A DNA stretch of 64,000 nt, taken from a virus. The translations under genes and the position numbers were made by a program. Shown here one piece after another: positions 17,003-27,396 of this stretch. Positions within the stretch are counted from its first letter, which is position 1. Each line of letters starts with the position of its first letter. The stretch covers positions 80,056-144,055 of IMG/VR virus record IMGVR_UViG_3300031950_000001; one strand, given 5' to 3'. Below the pieces are notes generated by a model, which saw nothing but the letters and a program-made list of their open reading frames with translations, made no database searches and was not told the DNA's origin.

Positions 17003-19909
17003 GTGTTTGACGTCCTAAGGACTTGCGCACCAGAAGACCTCATGAATCTTGCTACGACGAGGTCAAGACTAACCGGGGAGCGGCTAGAGGACGCTCTCCT
17101 AGGTCTATGCTACGATTTCATTCAATCTAAAGGCAATCACTCGATTTCGATTCGATACAAGACCGCGTCGTACCATTTCCCAGTGTTAGGCGGGCATTTG
17201 TGGAATGGCCGTCCCGGCAGGTCGGATATTGTCATTATTGGTAAAAATCCAGGCTCGACCGAAATGGCGTTCGGCTGTAATTTCGTCGGCCCTAGCGGCG
17301 AAGTCCTTCGCGAAGCTCTTAAGGAGCTAGGATTTACCGACGATCAGTTTAAGTCGATCTATGTTACGAACGTTATCAAGTGGTACCCGAAGTCCATTCC
17401 AAATAACGCCTTTCCGGCAAATTGGATGGAAGTTGGTCGATTCATTTTAGCTCTGGAGCTCATTCAGATAAAACCGAAGATCATCCTTTTATTAGGTACG
17501 GATGCCGTTAAAGCCGTTCTCGGCTCAAAATACACGCTGAAGGGCTGCCTTCATAAAGAACTACGACGGAAAATCACAGATACGCACGAAGCGAGGGTCT
17601 TTGTCGCTACCCATCCTGCAGCGATAGCCCGGAATCGGGAGCTATTTAAGCTTTTCGTGTCCGAGCTCGCCGATTTCGCAGGAGCCATTCTGAATAGGCA
17701 ATTTCCGACTCGGAATAGCCAAATTAAGATCGACGTTATTCGCCGAGCCGAAGACCTGCAAAAGCTTGTCAATGAGATTAAGCAAACGCCTGGTCTGATA
17801 AAGCTTGCCGTAGACCTCGAATGGGAAGGCCAATTCCCGGTTAATAAAGGTGCCTACGTCAGGACCATTCAGCTTTCGCATCGACCCGACTATGCCGTCG
17901 TTATCCTACTTCATGACGTAGACGGCAAGCCCTGTTTTCAGCCTTCTGTCGAGGCTGCAACAGAGCTTTTGAAGGAAATCTTCTCGTTACCGAATCTTCA
18001 GATCGGAGGTGCCAATATCGCAGCGGACTATCCTTGGCTGAAATCCCTTGGGATCGATATTCTCGAACCACGAGGAACGATCCCTGAAGACGCAACCGGA
18101 CCAGACTATCCGGGGATTTTTGACGTCGCATTGGCGGAGCATTCGTATAACGAGAATGCTCGATATGATCTGGAAAGTCTGGCCGTTTCGCGTTGCGGTT
18201 TTAAGCCGTGGTCCGAAGAGCTTGAAAAATGGAAACGGAAACGCTGCAATGAATTGAACATTACCGAAAAGCAGCTCTCCGGGTACGGCGCATGCCCGGA
18301 TCATATTCTTATCCCCTATGCCGCAACGGACGCTGCGGCAACGCGAAGTCTTATGGATGTTTATTCTGCGGTTTTAGAGACCGGCGATCCTGCAACCGGA
18401 AATGATGTCTTTCAAGTTTTCAAGGTATCAATGAAAGGGCTTGCCGCCGTCATGCATATGCATGATGTCGGCGTTAAGGTCAATAAAAACCAAATTGATA
18501 AACTCACGCTTTCGTACATGGAAGTGCTCCATGAGCGGCTTGAGGAATTTCGCGCAAAAATCAATTGGCCAGACTTCAATCCCCGTAGCTACTATCATGT
18601 AACGGAATTCCTGTTTGGCGACGCGTTGACCCGAAAGGTTGATGCGGAGGGCCGGCGCATTCGCGTACGGCCTACTGGAGCGCTGACGCTCAACTTAACG
18701 CCGATCAAAACCACGAACAAAAAATCGTGGTCTGGAAGTCCCATCGAAAATCCGAGTACGGATAAAGAGGTTTGCGGTATTTTGGCCCTTCAGCATCCGC
18801 TGGCAGGCGAGCTTCGGGACATTAAATTCATTGATCACGTCCTTAAAAGCGTCCTACGGCTTCCCAAACGCGACGGGGACAAGTTTATTACCGATGAAGA
18901 TGGCAATCTAGACTATGATGAAGGGATTGCCTCATTCATATGCGACGATGGACGGATTCATGGCATGTTCTCGATCCTCGCCGAAACCGGTCGGCTCCGA
19001 AGTTCCCGACCCAATCTGCAAAATATGGCCAAAAGCCGCGAAAGCGCTTATGAGGCCATTGCCAAAGATAAATATCCTGGTCCTATCCGTAGCATTTTTA
19101 CGGCGGAACCCGGCTATCTGCTTATTGAAGCAGATTTCAAAGTAGCCGAGGTCTTCTGTCTCGCCGTAATGTCCCAAGATCCGCTACTTTTAGAGCATTG
19201 TATGCGGGCAACGCTGCCCGAAAGCGATCCCAATTATTACGATATCCACTCCAATGTAGCCGTAAACGCCTTCCATCTCGACTGTGCGCCGACGAAGAAA
19301 GCCCTTGCTGCGATTGGTAAAGCCCACCTAAGAGTGGGGGCTAAAGCCGTACTCTTTGGAGGGATGTATGGCCGTGGCGCCGACGCCATTGCCAGACAGT
19401 GCCAACAGGAGGGAGTCCATCTTACCGTCGAGGACGCCGAAAAGATCATGAATGCGATCTTTTCGACCTATAAAGATGCGGCGCACTATCTGGAAACCTT
19501 AGAGGCGAGGGTTGACAGCCCTGGCTGGATTAGGACATACTTTGGTCGGATTCGGCATTTCTTCCCCTCTGCCGATCCGGCAGAACAAGGGCATCAGAGA
19601 CGGCAAGCTCGCAATTTTGTTATGCAATCCACCGTGGCGGACGCCATGAATCTGACTCTGTATGCCCTATATTGTAATCAGGCTCGTAAGCAATTAGGAT
19701 ATAGGATCGTGCTGCAGATGCACGATGCGTTTTTGTTGGAGGTACCCGAAAAGTATGTCGACGTTGTTGCGAAGGAGATCATTCCAAAGTGTGTCGAAAG
19801 CGTTCGCTTTCGACCGTGCACTCCCGATGGAGAGCCATATGGATCTTACTATCATTTCTGTCCAGAGGTTGATGTCTATGAACAATGGGGCGTTCCTTTG
19901 AAGCGTTGA
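17003..19909 (+). CDS. family A DNA polymerase with N-terminal uracil-DNA-glycosylase-like domain and 3'-5' exonuclease
   Basis: UDG4-like IGKNPG / FVGPSG / YVTNVIK / HPAA; Exo DLE and YAATDA; TGRLRSSRPNLQN; motifs A ADFKVAE, B KAVLFGGMYG, C MHD. Confidence 0.92.
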   Translation: MFDVLRTCAPEDLMNLATTRSRLTGERLEDALLGLCYDFIQSKGNHSISIRYKTASYHFPVLGGHLWNGRPGRSDIVIIGKNPGSTEMAFGCNFVGPSGEVLREALKELGFTDDQFKSIYVTNVIKWYPKSIPNNAFPANWMEVGRFILALELIQIKPKIILLLGTDAVKAVLGSKYTLKGCLHKELRRKITDTHEARVFVATHPAAIARNRELFKLFVSELADFAGAILNRQFPTRNSQIKIDVIRRAEDLQKLVNEIKQTPGLIKLAVDLEWEGQFPVNKGAYVRTIQLSHRPDYAVVILLHDVDGKPCFQPSVEAATELLKEIFSLPNLQIGGANIAADYPWLKSLGIDILEPRGTIPEDATGPDYPGIFDVALAEHSYNENARYDLESLAVSRCGFKPWSEELEKWKRKRCNELNITEKQLSGYGACPDHILIPYAATDAAATRSLMDVYSAVLETGDPATGNDVFQVFKVSMKGLAAVMHMHDVGVKVNKNQIDKLTLSYMEVLHERLEEFRAKINWPDFNPRSYYHVTEFLFGDALTRKVDAEGRRIRVRPTGALTLNLTPIKTTNKKSWSGSPIENPSTDKEVCGILALQHPLAGELRDIKFIDHVLKSVLRLPKRDGDKFITDEDGNLDYDEGIASFICDDGRIHGMFSILAETGRLRSSRPNLQNMAKSRESAYEAIAKDKYPGPIRSIFTAEPGYLLIEADFKVAEVFCLAVMSQDPLLLEHCMRATLPESDPNYYDIHSNVAVNAFHLDCAPTKKALAAIGKAHLRVGAKAVLFGGMYGRGADAIARQCQQEGVHLTVEDAEKIMNAIFSTYKDAAHYLETLEARVDSPGWIRTYFGRIRHFFPSADPAEQGHQRRQARNFVMQSTVADAMNLTLYALYCNQARKQLGYRIVLQMHDAFLLEVPEKYVDVVAKEIIPKCVESVRFRPCTPDGEPYGSYYHFCPEVDVYEQWGVPLKR

Positions 19910-19921
19910 GAGGAGCTGCAG

Positions 19922-20203
19922 ATGTATGTCAATCACAACGAAGTCTGCCCCGTTTGCAGGTACCATCGATTCATTGTTCAATTCAAAAATGAATACGACA
20001 TGGACTGTATATGTCCCATGTGCGGCTATCGAATAGCACCCGAATATCCTGATCTTCGGTATATTGATATGATTCGAGATAAGGTAAGAAAATTGACAGA
20101 GGAAGAAGAAGACGAGATTTATAAAGCATATTTCGAGACGGGTTATAGTTATTTGGAACGGGTTTTTCTGGGTTTTGGTAAAAAGGAGAAGGACGATGTT
20201 TGA
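19922..20203 (+). CDS. small zinc-ribbon protein
   Basis: CPVC...CPMC, RBS AGGAG. Confidence 0.65.
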   Translation: MYVNHNEVCPVCRYHRFIVQFKNEYDMDCICPMCGYRIAPEYPDLRYIDMIRDKVRKLTEEEEDEIYKAYFETGYSYLERVFLGFGKKEKDDV

Positions 20204-21188
20204 GTTTGACGAAACTGTCGGTCGTTCAACGGTTCTGTTGAAAAACGAATTCGAGGGAAAGTATGGTATCGTATACCCCATTTGGGGTAGTGCGACGAAT
20301 GTTTTCCGAATCTTGCCTGGAAGACTGCCAAACGGTGATCTCGTTAACGGCGTATCGTACAACGGTCGGTGCGGTCCGTGGATTCATCTAGTCTACGGAA
20401 TGACCGTTACGTCGCCGACACGCCAGAAGACGTTCTTTATTGGCGACCGGGCGACGCATGATGAGTACAGCATGCAGAGGTCATTGGCCTACCAAGTGTA
20501 CTCAACCGTTTATGACGTGATTGCCAGCGGCAGCAAGCCCGAATGGCGGGAATATAATCTTATAAGGCTCCGTGGCGAGGCGTTTGATGCGACTCGTCCG
20601 ACAGTACTTCGCAGACCGGGCATATTTTACCTTGTGTTTGCCGAAGTGCTTGAGCACAGCCAAAAAGAGAGCATAAGCCCAAATCCGCCTGTCGTACTTG
20701 TACTGACGCAGACGGCAGGACAGGCACTGGTTATGGCGGCCAGGAAGGCGTTCAGTCTTGGCAAGGATATCGTTAAGGACGGCATTAAGGTCAATATTCG
20801 ACCCACCCATCTTGGTTCCCCGTATCCGGCTCTTTGTACCGAAAAGGGCAATGCCGGATTTGCGGTAGATATTCTAGCAGAGGCGATTCCTCATCCAATA
20901 AGTGAGGAAACGCTAACCCAAATCCGGCCGTGGTCCGAGATCCTCAAATTTGCGTCGGACGACGAGCAGAAGGAGATCTTCCGCGAGATGCTGCCTCGTG
21001 ACGTAGTTAAATACCTCTTCGGCGAAGATGCTGTCGAGGATTCGCCCGCTTTCGATGACATTCCGTTCGATGTGCCGGATACGGGTCCTACCCCGTTACA
21101 ATCCGAACAACCGGCGGACGATATGAAGACAATCGATATTCTCAGACAGTCGATCGAGGCGTTCCATAAGAAATATAAAATCGAATAA
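20196..21188 (+). CDS. putative single-stranded DNA-binding protein
   Basis: Sits between the polymerase and the RecA-like gene. FRILPG N-terminal motif and an acidic DDIPF segment near the C-terminus. Confidence 0.4.
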   Translation: MFEFDETVGRSTVLLKNEFEGKYGIVYPIWGSATNVFRILPGRLPNGDLVNGVSYNGRCGPWIHLVYGMTVTSPTRQKTFFIGDRATHDEYSMQRSLAYQVYSTVYDVIASGSKPEWREYNLIRLRGEAFDATRPTVLRRPGIFYLVFAEVLEHSQKESISPNPPVVLVLTQTAGQALVMAARKAFSLGKDIVKDGIKVNIRPTHLGSPYPALCTEKGNAGFAVDILAEAIPHPISEETLTQIRPWSEILKFASDDEQKEIFREMLPRDVVKYLFGEDAVEDSPAFDDIPFDVPDTGPTPLQSEQPADDMKTIDILRQSIEAFHKKYKIE

Positions 21189-21284
21189 CGGGAAATAGTG
21201 CGTGAGGAGCACGGACAGGACGTCCGTGTCGCCTTCTTTTTGCAAAATTTGATTCCGGAATCAAATTTTTTGGAGGAGTTGGTG

Positions 21285-22541
21285 ATGGGTCGCCCTATGG
21301 ACGATAGTCTCGAAAGCGCCTTAAAGGTGCTTCAAAGCAAGCTTTCGCGGGAGTCCAAGATGGTCAGCAATAGCCCGACATTAATGGTGGGCTTGCCTGT
21401 TCCATCTCTGGCGATTCGATATCTATTGCAAAATACAGGGCTACCGTTGGGCGTTGTTTACCATCTTGTCGGTCCGCCCGCATCATTTAAATCCACGCTT
21501 GCGGTGGAGATTGCCAGATGGCATCATGCTTGCGGCGGTGCTGTCATTATTTGCGAAGCCGAGACAAAACCGACGCCTGTTCTTCGAGAAAGCATTCTAG
21601 GCAAAGACCCGCCCCGGGTCCTTGTCCATGAATGCCTATTTCTTGAAGAATGGCAAAAGGTTATCCTCGAAGCCGTCAAAATCATGCAAGATAGACAAGG
21701 CGACACTCAAAAACCGGTCGCCTTTATCGTCGATAGCTATATGGGTAAATTGCCTCGCAAGCTTTATGACGACGTTTTGCGGCAAGGATTTGCCCAACGT
21801 CATTTTGGCGAGGCAGCTATGCTTATCGGCGACTGGTTAAGTGCCTATACCTCCACCGTGCAGGGATATCCCTATAACCTAATAGGGGTAAATCATCTTA
21901 AAGAGTCCGTTCATCCCATTACCGGGATGCCTGTCTATCGCACTCCGGGTGGTCAGTATTTGCGGCATCAAAACTCGATTGAAATCCGAGTAAACCGCAG
22001 CAAAACGGAGCAGCGGAAGGCAGGTGATCTGGTCTACTATGAGACGCTCATTCAGCTTTATACGTCAAAAAACTGTCGCGGTGCGCAGGACAAGAAGATC
22101 GCCGTCGTTTTGCGCCAATGGAACGAAGTTGTCGATGATAAGCCTACGCTTATCAGCAATTTTGAGTGGTGGGAAGCCGCCACCTGGATGCTCTACGACG
22201 GAACAGGAATGCCAAAAACAGACTGCGAAATCCTGCTTCCGAAAGTAAAGAAGGTCATTGACGTCAAAAAGCGTTCGCGAGGCGATCTCTTCTACTGCGA
22301 GCAGTTAGGAATTCCTCAATCGGATCCGATTCCGGCACATGAAATGGGCCTTAAGATCGAGGAGCGTGAAGACATCCTTCACGAGCTCTACAAAATATTC
22401 GGCATTAACGTTATGGATCTCTATAACGCCGAGCAGCCGCTACTGAAGAGATCCGTAACTACGGGCGACGACTATGACAGTCCGATGGAGACGATGAAAG
22501 AGGGTATCCCTGACCTTAGTTTTGAAGGGGACGAGGTGTGA
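21285..22541 (+). CDS. RecA/UvsX-like recombinase
   Basis: GPPASFKST Walker A, FIVDS Walker B, VNHL, TPGG. ATG after GGAGG. Confidence 0.85.
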   Translation: MGRPMDDSLESALKVLQSKLSRESKMVSNSPTLMVGLPVPSLAIRYLLQNTGLPLGVVYHLVGPPASFKSTLAVEIARWHHACGGAVIICEAETKPTPVLRESILGKDPPRVLVHECLFLEEWQKVILEAVKIMQDRQGDTQKPVAFIVDSYMGKLPRKLYDDVLRQGFAQRHFGEAAMLIGDWLSAYTSTVQGYPYNLIGVNHLKESVHPITGMPVYRTPGGQYLRHQNSIEIRVNRSKTEQRKAGDLVYYETLIQLYTSKNCRGAQDKKIAVVLRQWNEVVDDKPTLISNFEWWEAATWMLYDGTGMPKTDCEILLPKVKKVIDVKKRSRGDLFYCEQLGIPQSDPIPAHEMGLKIEEREDILHELYKIFGINVMDLYNAEQPLLKRSVTTGDDYDSPMETMKEGIPDLSFEGDEV

Positions 22542-23779
22542 GCGGTCAAACTCCTTTTTGGTCGTTTGTCGAAACGTTATTGGAAATTGACCCTGAAACG
22601 ACAATTGTGGACGCAAGACAGTCCGTTGTCGGCCAGATTCCAATCGGGAAACCGGTTAGGATCGAAAAGGCCCGTCCGGACACACACTATAATTTCCTTA
22701 TTGTCGACGGCAAAGGACTTCAGAAGTGCAAGTCCGAAATTGCCAGCTTAACGTTCGATAATTTGGTCGTTCTTTCCGAAGGGACAAAGAACGATGAAGC
22801 GTTGAATTTTATGACATTTGTGGATGCTCATTTCGAGTCGGTTCCCGATATTTCGATGTATCTACCCGATTGTACCATTGAAAAGAACTGTCCCTATAAA
22901 TGGTTGTTTGCGTGTCGAATTACGGCGAAGAAGGAGGAAGCTATGTCTTTGGAACCTGAAACTGTGCCGGTTAGTCAGCCAAATCTCGAAGACAGCTCGA
23001 ACGAGCTTATGCCGAGTCCATCCGGCGATGCGGTCGTAGACCACACTATTGAGGGGTTTGGGGCCGTAAATCTCGACGGGCTGTACGACTTTGAGAAGCC
23101 AATTGTTTCTCAGATATGCGAACATATCAATGAGCATGTAAAACGAACGTTAGAGTGGTATTGGAAACTGGGAAAACTGGTGTATAAGCTAAAGCGCGAA
23201 GAGGATAAACATAATTGTTCGTTTCACGAGCGACTCGAAGTCTTACGACAGATGCTCGATAATCGTACGATCCGGACGCTTTTAAACGCAAAAATGATTT
23301 ATGAACGATGGTCGAATCTGGAAGAGTTCAAGAAGGTCATTAGCTATAACGAAAGCCCTGAACGTCAAGGTATGCTGAGCTTTCGTCATTTACTTGCTCT
23401 TGCCCGGATCGACGATGACGAGAAAGTCGATGAGCTTGCCCAGGCTGTCGTCACTAAAGGAATTGCCGCGCAGGAGCTGGAAGCGATACTGATAGGTAAA
23501 ACAGGCAAGCGTCGCGGTCCGGGTCGAGGTGTTAATGTTCCTGAATCCATCGAGGAAAGGCTATATAAATTAAATAGACATGCAGCCGCGTTTCGCAAAG
23601 TTCTCGAGGCGCTTTATGCGGGCGGAAAGTTTGCTTCTGATTTAGAACAATTGAACGTCGACGATGAAATAGAGCTCGTAATAGTGAATGCAATAGATGC
23701 GTTAGAAGATATATCGTCAATGGCGCAGGTTCTACTGCAGACGTTTGATAAAATGACCCGTAGTAAAGATCGAGATTAA
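22538..23779 (+). CDS. hypothetical protein; C-terminal part DUF1016_N-like
   Basis: YWKLGKLV...RTLLNAKMIYE...LSFRHLLAL pattern. Strong internal RBS AAGGAGG before ATG 22943. Confidence 0.5.
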   Translation: MSGQTPFWSFVETLLEIDPETTIVDARQSVVGQIPIGKPVRIEKARPDTHYNFLIVDGKGLQKCKSEIASLTFDNLVVLSEGTKNDEALNFMTFVDAHFESVPDISMYLPDCTIEKNCPYKWLFACRITAKKEEAMSLEPETVPVSQPNLEDSSNELMPSPSGDAVVDHTIEGFGAVNLDGLYDFEKPIVSQICEHINEHVKRTLEWYWKLGKLVYKLKREEDKHNCSFHERLEVLRQMLDNRTIRTLLNAKMIYERWSNLEEFKKVISYNESPERQGMLSFRHLLALARIDDDEKVDELAQAVVTKGIAAQELEAILIGKTGKRRGPGRGVNVPESIEERLYKLNRHAAAFRKVLEALYAGGKFASDLEQLNVDDEIELVIVNAIDALEDISSMAQVLLQTFDKMTRSKDRD

Positions 23780-23928
23780 AAATTCGCATCCGGGATTTTT
23801 CTTGGCCTGAAGGACGTCAGGCCGCATTTTTTAATCCGAAAATTCCTGCCCGCCCGACGACGCGGTCGGCCAGTTACTGGCTGAAAAGTCGTCATTTTAA
23901 CCCTCCCATTTTACTTTTTGATTTTATT

Positions 23929-24373
23929 CCGGGGACCTGGCGGTCGCCGGGGACTAGAAGCGTCTCAAAAATGAGACATTTCTAGATGACAATCGGAAAT
24001 AGCGTCTGTTCGGCAGGCGCGCATTTCAAGAAGGTTTTAGCCAGACGCATTGTCGTCTATGGCCGAAAGAATATTCGACCGACGACCGCCAAATTGTAGC
24101 CAGCAGCATAACGGCCGTTGGCAGATTAGTTGTATCGGCCCATCAGATCGCCCGCGCCAGTGTGCTAGGCGAACATTTATCGTGTTTAACTATGGGCGGC
24201 GAATGGCTAAAAAGGAGATTAAAACTATCGGTAGGGTTCAGAACGAACCTTTACCCTGCCGACAGTATTCTACGGGCCCGCAGGAAGCCCGATTACGCTA
24301 TTTTGCGACTGTTATTCTAGAAATATCTCATTTTTGAGGCGCTTCTAGTCCCCGGCGACCGCCAGGTCCCCGG
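23929..24373. repeat. long (~77 bp) inverted repeat enclosing ~290 bp of non-coding DNA
   Basis: 23929-24005 is the reverse complement of 24295-24373. The outer 34 bp are perfect. Confidence 0.9.
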
Positions 24374-24408
24374 GGTCGGGGGCGCTTAGCTATTAAAGGT
24401 CGGGAAAA

Positions 24409-25149
24409 ATGGTTGGTAAATTCGCTGTCGATGGGCGTCGGCGTCCTTATCCTCCGCTGAAAGTAATTAAGCGTTTGGCCGATAAAATCTACAGCAATCT
24501 TCTCTTGTTTGCGGATAAGCCGATTCAGCAGGAGGAGATCGTCAAAATCGGCCAGCGGCTGATCGAGATTTTTAAGCCGCCCGATGAGAAAACGCTCTTT
24601 GACTGTCTCATACCTATTTATAATCAGACACTAAACAAATACGAAATCGAGCGGTTCGCTTGGCGATTGGCGGCTAATGCTCGGCGAATCCGGAATTCGA
24701 TTCCGGTGTCTTTTTGGTTTGGTCAGACAAAAGAAGAGCCGGCAATTTGTCAGTTTATTGCCCCAGAGGAAGAAGGCGATGTTAGGCAAGGTTTTATGCG
24801 GTACTGTGTACTTACAGGTCCCGCAGCTACCATTACCGGACGTATCTTTATCAACAGTTCTCGAAGATATCGTATTTATCGTGCAAGCAGCGTGAACGAT
24901 CATCTGCGTCTTCGCTATCTATCGGCGGCAACATTTACGTGCCTTCTCATTCCGTCGCGAGCATCCTATCCGATGATCGATCCTTGGACTATCGGATGTA
25001 CGAACAAACTTACCGCGCGTAACAAAAAACTTTTCGATCTCTGGTTACAAGCACGACGGGAACGGGTCGAAATAAAAGCTAGAAATGCCTATTATGTTCC
25101 GGTTATATTAAAGGATGGTTATACAAAAGACCTCGTAATTTCTTTTTAG
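24409..25149 (+). CDS. hypothetical protein
   Basis: 246-aa ORF on the main coding strand. Confidence 0.6.
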   Translation: MVGKFAVDGRRRPYPPLKVIKRLADKIYSNLLLFADKPIQQEEIVKIGQRLIEIFKPPDEKTLFDCLIPIYNQTLNKYEIERFAWRLAANARRIRNSIPVSFWFGQTKEEPAICQFIAPEEEGDVRQGFMRYCVLTGPAATITGRIFINSSRRYRIYRASSVNDHLRLRYLSAATFTCLLIPSRASYPMIDPWTIGCTNKLTARNKKLFDLWLQARRERVEIKARNAYYVPVILKDGYTKDLVISF

Positions 25150-25170
25150 CTATTCAAGAAGGAGGCGGCA

Positions 25171-25608
25171 ATGCTCCAGTTTCGTCCGATCGGTAATCCG
25201 TCCGAAGTACCGTTTTACAATCCTGAGCGCGATCTTGCGCATGTTGGACCGCTACTAATCCGAGAGGCAATTGCGCAACTTGAGCCGTCTGCGCGCGAAT
25301 TCTGGTTCAATGACTATCTGACTAAGAACAATGTTAGTGATGCGCAGCTTGCCGTAGCGGCAGAACGGATTGCGAAAGCCCTGAGCGACATGACAACCGA
25401 TGCAAGGATCGCCCTAGGCCATGCGGGATTTTTCGACCTTCCTATCGAAGTGCAAATAGCTGTTTATACGAAAATTGGCCAAGTATTTCTTGCCGCAACC
25501 CATACGGCCATACGTTGGACGCTTGATGAGAGCGTAACAAAAGCTCCTATTGCAGACCGAATTCAAGATGCTGCCCAAACCATCTCTTCGACAATCAAAA
25601 TCGAGTAA
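25171..25608 (+). CDS. hypothetical protein
   Basis: RBS AAGGAGG; 145 aa. Confidence 0.7.
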   Translation: MLQFRPIGNPSEVPFYNPERDLAHVGPLLIREAIAQLEPSAREFWFNDYLTKNNVSDAQLAVAAERIAKALSDMTTDARIALGHAGFFDLPIEVQIAVYTKIGQVFLAATHTAIRWTLDESVTKAPIADRIQDAAQTISSTIKIE

Positions 25609-26873
25609 TGCCTACGTTTCCTCGTCCGTACCTCAGTGAAAATCTCGTGATGCCGCTTCCGACGGACATTGTCTGTCCGTCATGCTGCGGTGTGGCCACA
25701 GTTTATCTTGACTCTCGTCATATGCCGATTATTTACTGCCGCAAATGCGGACTGCAGTCGTTTATCAGTCTTTTTGATAAAGACGATCAAAGGCGTTGGT
25801 TCGAGCGACCATTCTTGCCGTCTCGACCGATTGAAGATAACGACTTGCCCGCGTTTACTGTATGGCTAAAGCGTTACTTTGATCCTCTTCTTTCAACAGC
25901 GGATGCACCGACGTTGCTTCGTCAGATTTTCTGTCGTATTGAGAAAAGATGGAAACGGTTCGCCTGCCCAGTGTATCATTGCGAAGGCCTTGTGACCGGA
26001 TATGTTTCGCTAAGCAATCGCTCATTCTATGTGCATCGAAACTACGACAATAGCACAGGCGGAATTTTGCCGCGGGCTGACGTCTTTAGGAGCAATCGAG
26101 CTATCTTTATTTCGCCGATCGATGCGCTGCGCTGCTATGTCATAAACGCACGACAGAAAGGCAGTATTGATATTCCTATATACGCGGTTATTCAACGGGA
26201 ATTAAAAATAAAATATCGCTGGCATGATCCTCCTTCGCCATTACTGCCTCTACTTAACATCAATCGAAAGTGCGAGATGATTTTTGCCATTCCCGCTGGT
26301 AGCGCCGCCAAGACGATAAATAGGATCGTTCGTGCCGCGAACGTGCTCAACGCATTTGTTTCAGCATACGACCCCGAAGAGTTTGATGACGTCGATAGCC
26401 TTATTGCTACCATCGAACGTCGCGCGCAGCCTGCCAGTAACGCGTATTTCCTTATTAGCAACAGGAAGTTTTTCCTTCAAAAGGACAAACTCGTTACCGC
26501 CGATCTAAGCGAATATGATGGCGTACTACTTTTGGGTGGGGGTCTATACGTAATTAAGCGCGAGAATTGTATTCTTGACGCTACTAAATTAGAACCGATC
26601 ACCAATTTTGGTTTCAAAGTTGTCGGCTGCACCAGCAGGCGTTTGCTTGTCGATGTAACCTATATTGACGGAACAAAACTTAGAATTTCCGTGTCGCTTG
26701 AACTGCTACGAATATCGGCACAGATGCTTAGAAAGGCGATCATACGTGCCTTAAACGCTGCTGGAAAAGTCCCCTTTATCCGTTGTTCGAGCAATCTATT
26801 AATGTATATTCTCCTAACAACGGCGAATCCCGAGGTAAATCTAGCATCGTACGTTCGGCACATGGTAAGATGA
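25608..26873 (+). CDS. hypothetical protein with N-terminal zinc-binding motif
   Basis: CPSC...CRKC; coupled to the previous stop. Confidence 0.6.
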   Translation: MPTFPRPYLSENLVMPLPTDIVCPSCCGVATVYLDSRHMPIIYCRKCGLQSFISLFDKDDQRRWFERPFLPSRPIEDNDLPAFTVWLKRYFDPLLSTADAPTLLRQIFCRIEKRWKRFACPVYHCEGLVTGYVSLSNRSFYVHRNYDNSTGGILPRADVFRSNRAIFISPIDALRCYVINARQKGSIDIPIYAVIQRELKIKYRWHDPPSPLLPLLNINRKCEMIFAIPAGSAAKTINRIVRAANVLNAFVSAYDPEEFDDVDSLIATIERRAQPASNAYFLISNRKFFLQKDKLVTADLSEYDGVLLLGGGLYVIKRENCILDATKLEPITNFGFKVVGCTSRRLLVDVTYIDGTKLRISVSLELLRISAQMLRKAIIRALNAAGKVPFIRCSSNLLMYILLTTANPEVNLASYVRHMVR

Positions 26874-26921
26874 AAAAAACTGGGAGTTTCCGTTGTCATC
26901 TAACTGTAAAGGGGTAAGATT

Positions 26922-27320
26922 ATGTGTCGATGCAACGTAGAAACACGTAGAGACGCTTGTGACATGCTGCAAAAAGGTCTCATGCGGTTTGCGACTGGAG
27001 CCGTGCGCAGTACCGACGCCGAAGGTGAACGGTGGGATCTGATTACTCCGATTGGTTTAAGGCGTCTAGCCCAAACCTGCGCCGAAGGGGCTGCGAAATA
27101 CGGCGAATATAATTGGCAGAAAGGTATTCCGGCTAGCGTAATGCTCAATCATGCGATACGGCATCTATATCTGTATTTGGCGGGGGATACAAACGAAGAT
27201 CATCTTGCCCATGCGGCGTGGAATATCCTGGGCGTGTGTCATTTTGAAGAAGTTATGCCCGAAATGATCGACATTCCCACTCGACGTCGCGAAAAAACAA
27301 ACGACGACAAAGCTGAGTAA
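26922..27320 (+). CDS. dATP/dGTP diphosphohydrolase domain protein (DUF5664-like)
   Basis: FATGAVR, RWDLI, GAAKYGEYNWQKG, AIRHL, DHLAHAAWN. Confidence 0.8.
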   Translation: MCRCNVETRRDACDMLQKGLMRFATGAVRSTDAEGERWDLITPIGLRRLAQTCAEGAAKYGEYNWQKGIPASVMLNHAIRHLYLYLAGDTNEDHLAHAAWNILGVCHFEEVMPEMIDIPTRRREKTNDDKAE

Positions 27321-27396
27321 CGCGTGTCTGTGGCGGCGTTTTGTGGCAGCGTGGAATCTGGCCTTCTTTTGCTGTTAGACCGCGATTTTCAATCCC

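Noticed and set aside
24050-24337. 95-aa ORF inside the long inverted repeat
   Set aside because: TTG start without RBS, runs into the IR arm, and has no recognisable motif.
26922-27320. Z-genome (2-aminoadenine) pathway call
   Set aside because: No PurZ is seen in the window. DUF5664 and HD proteins alone are widespread in unmodified phages.
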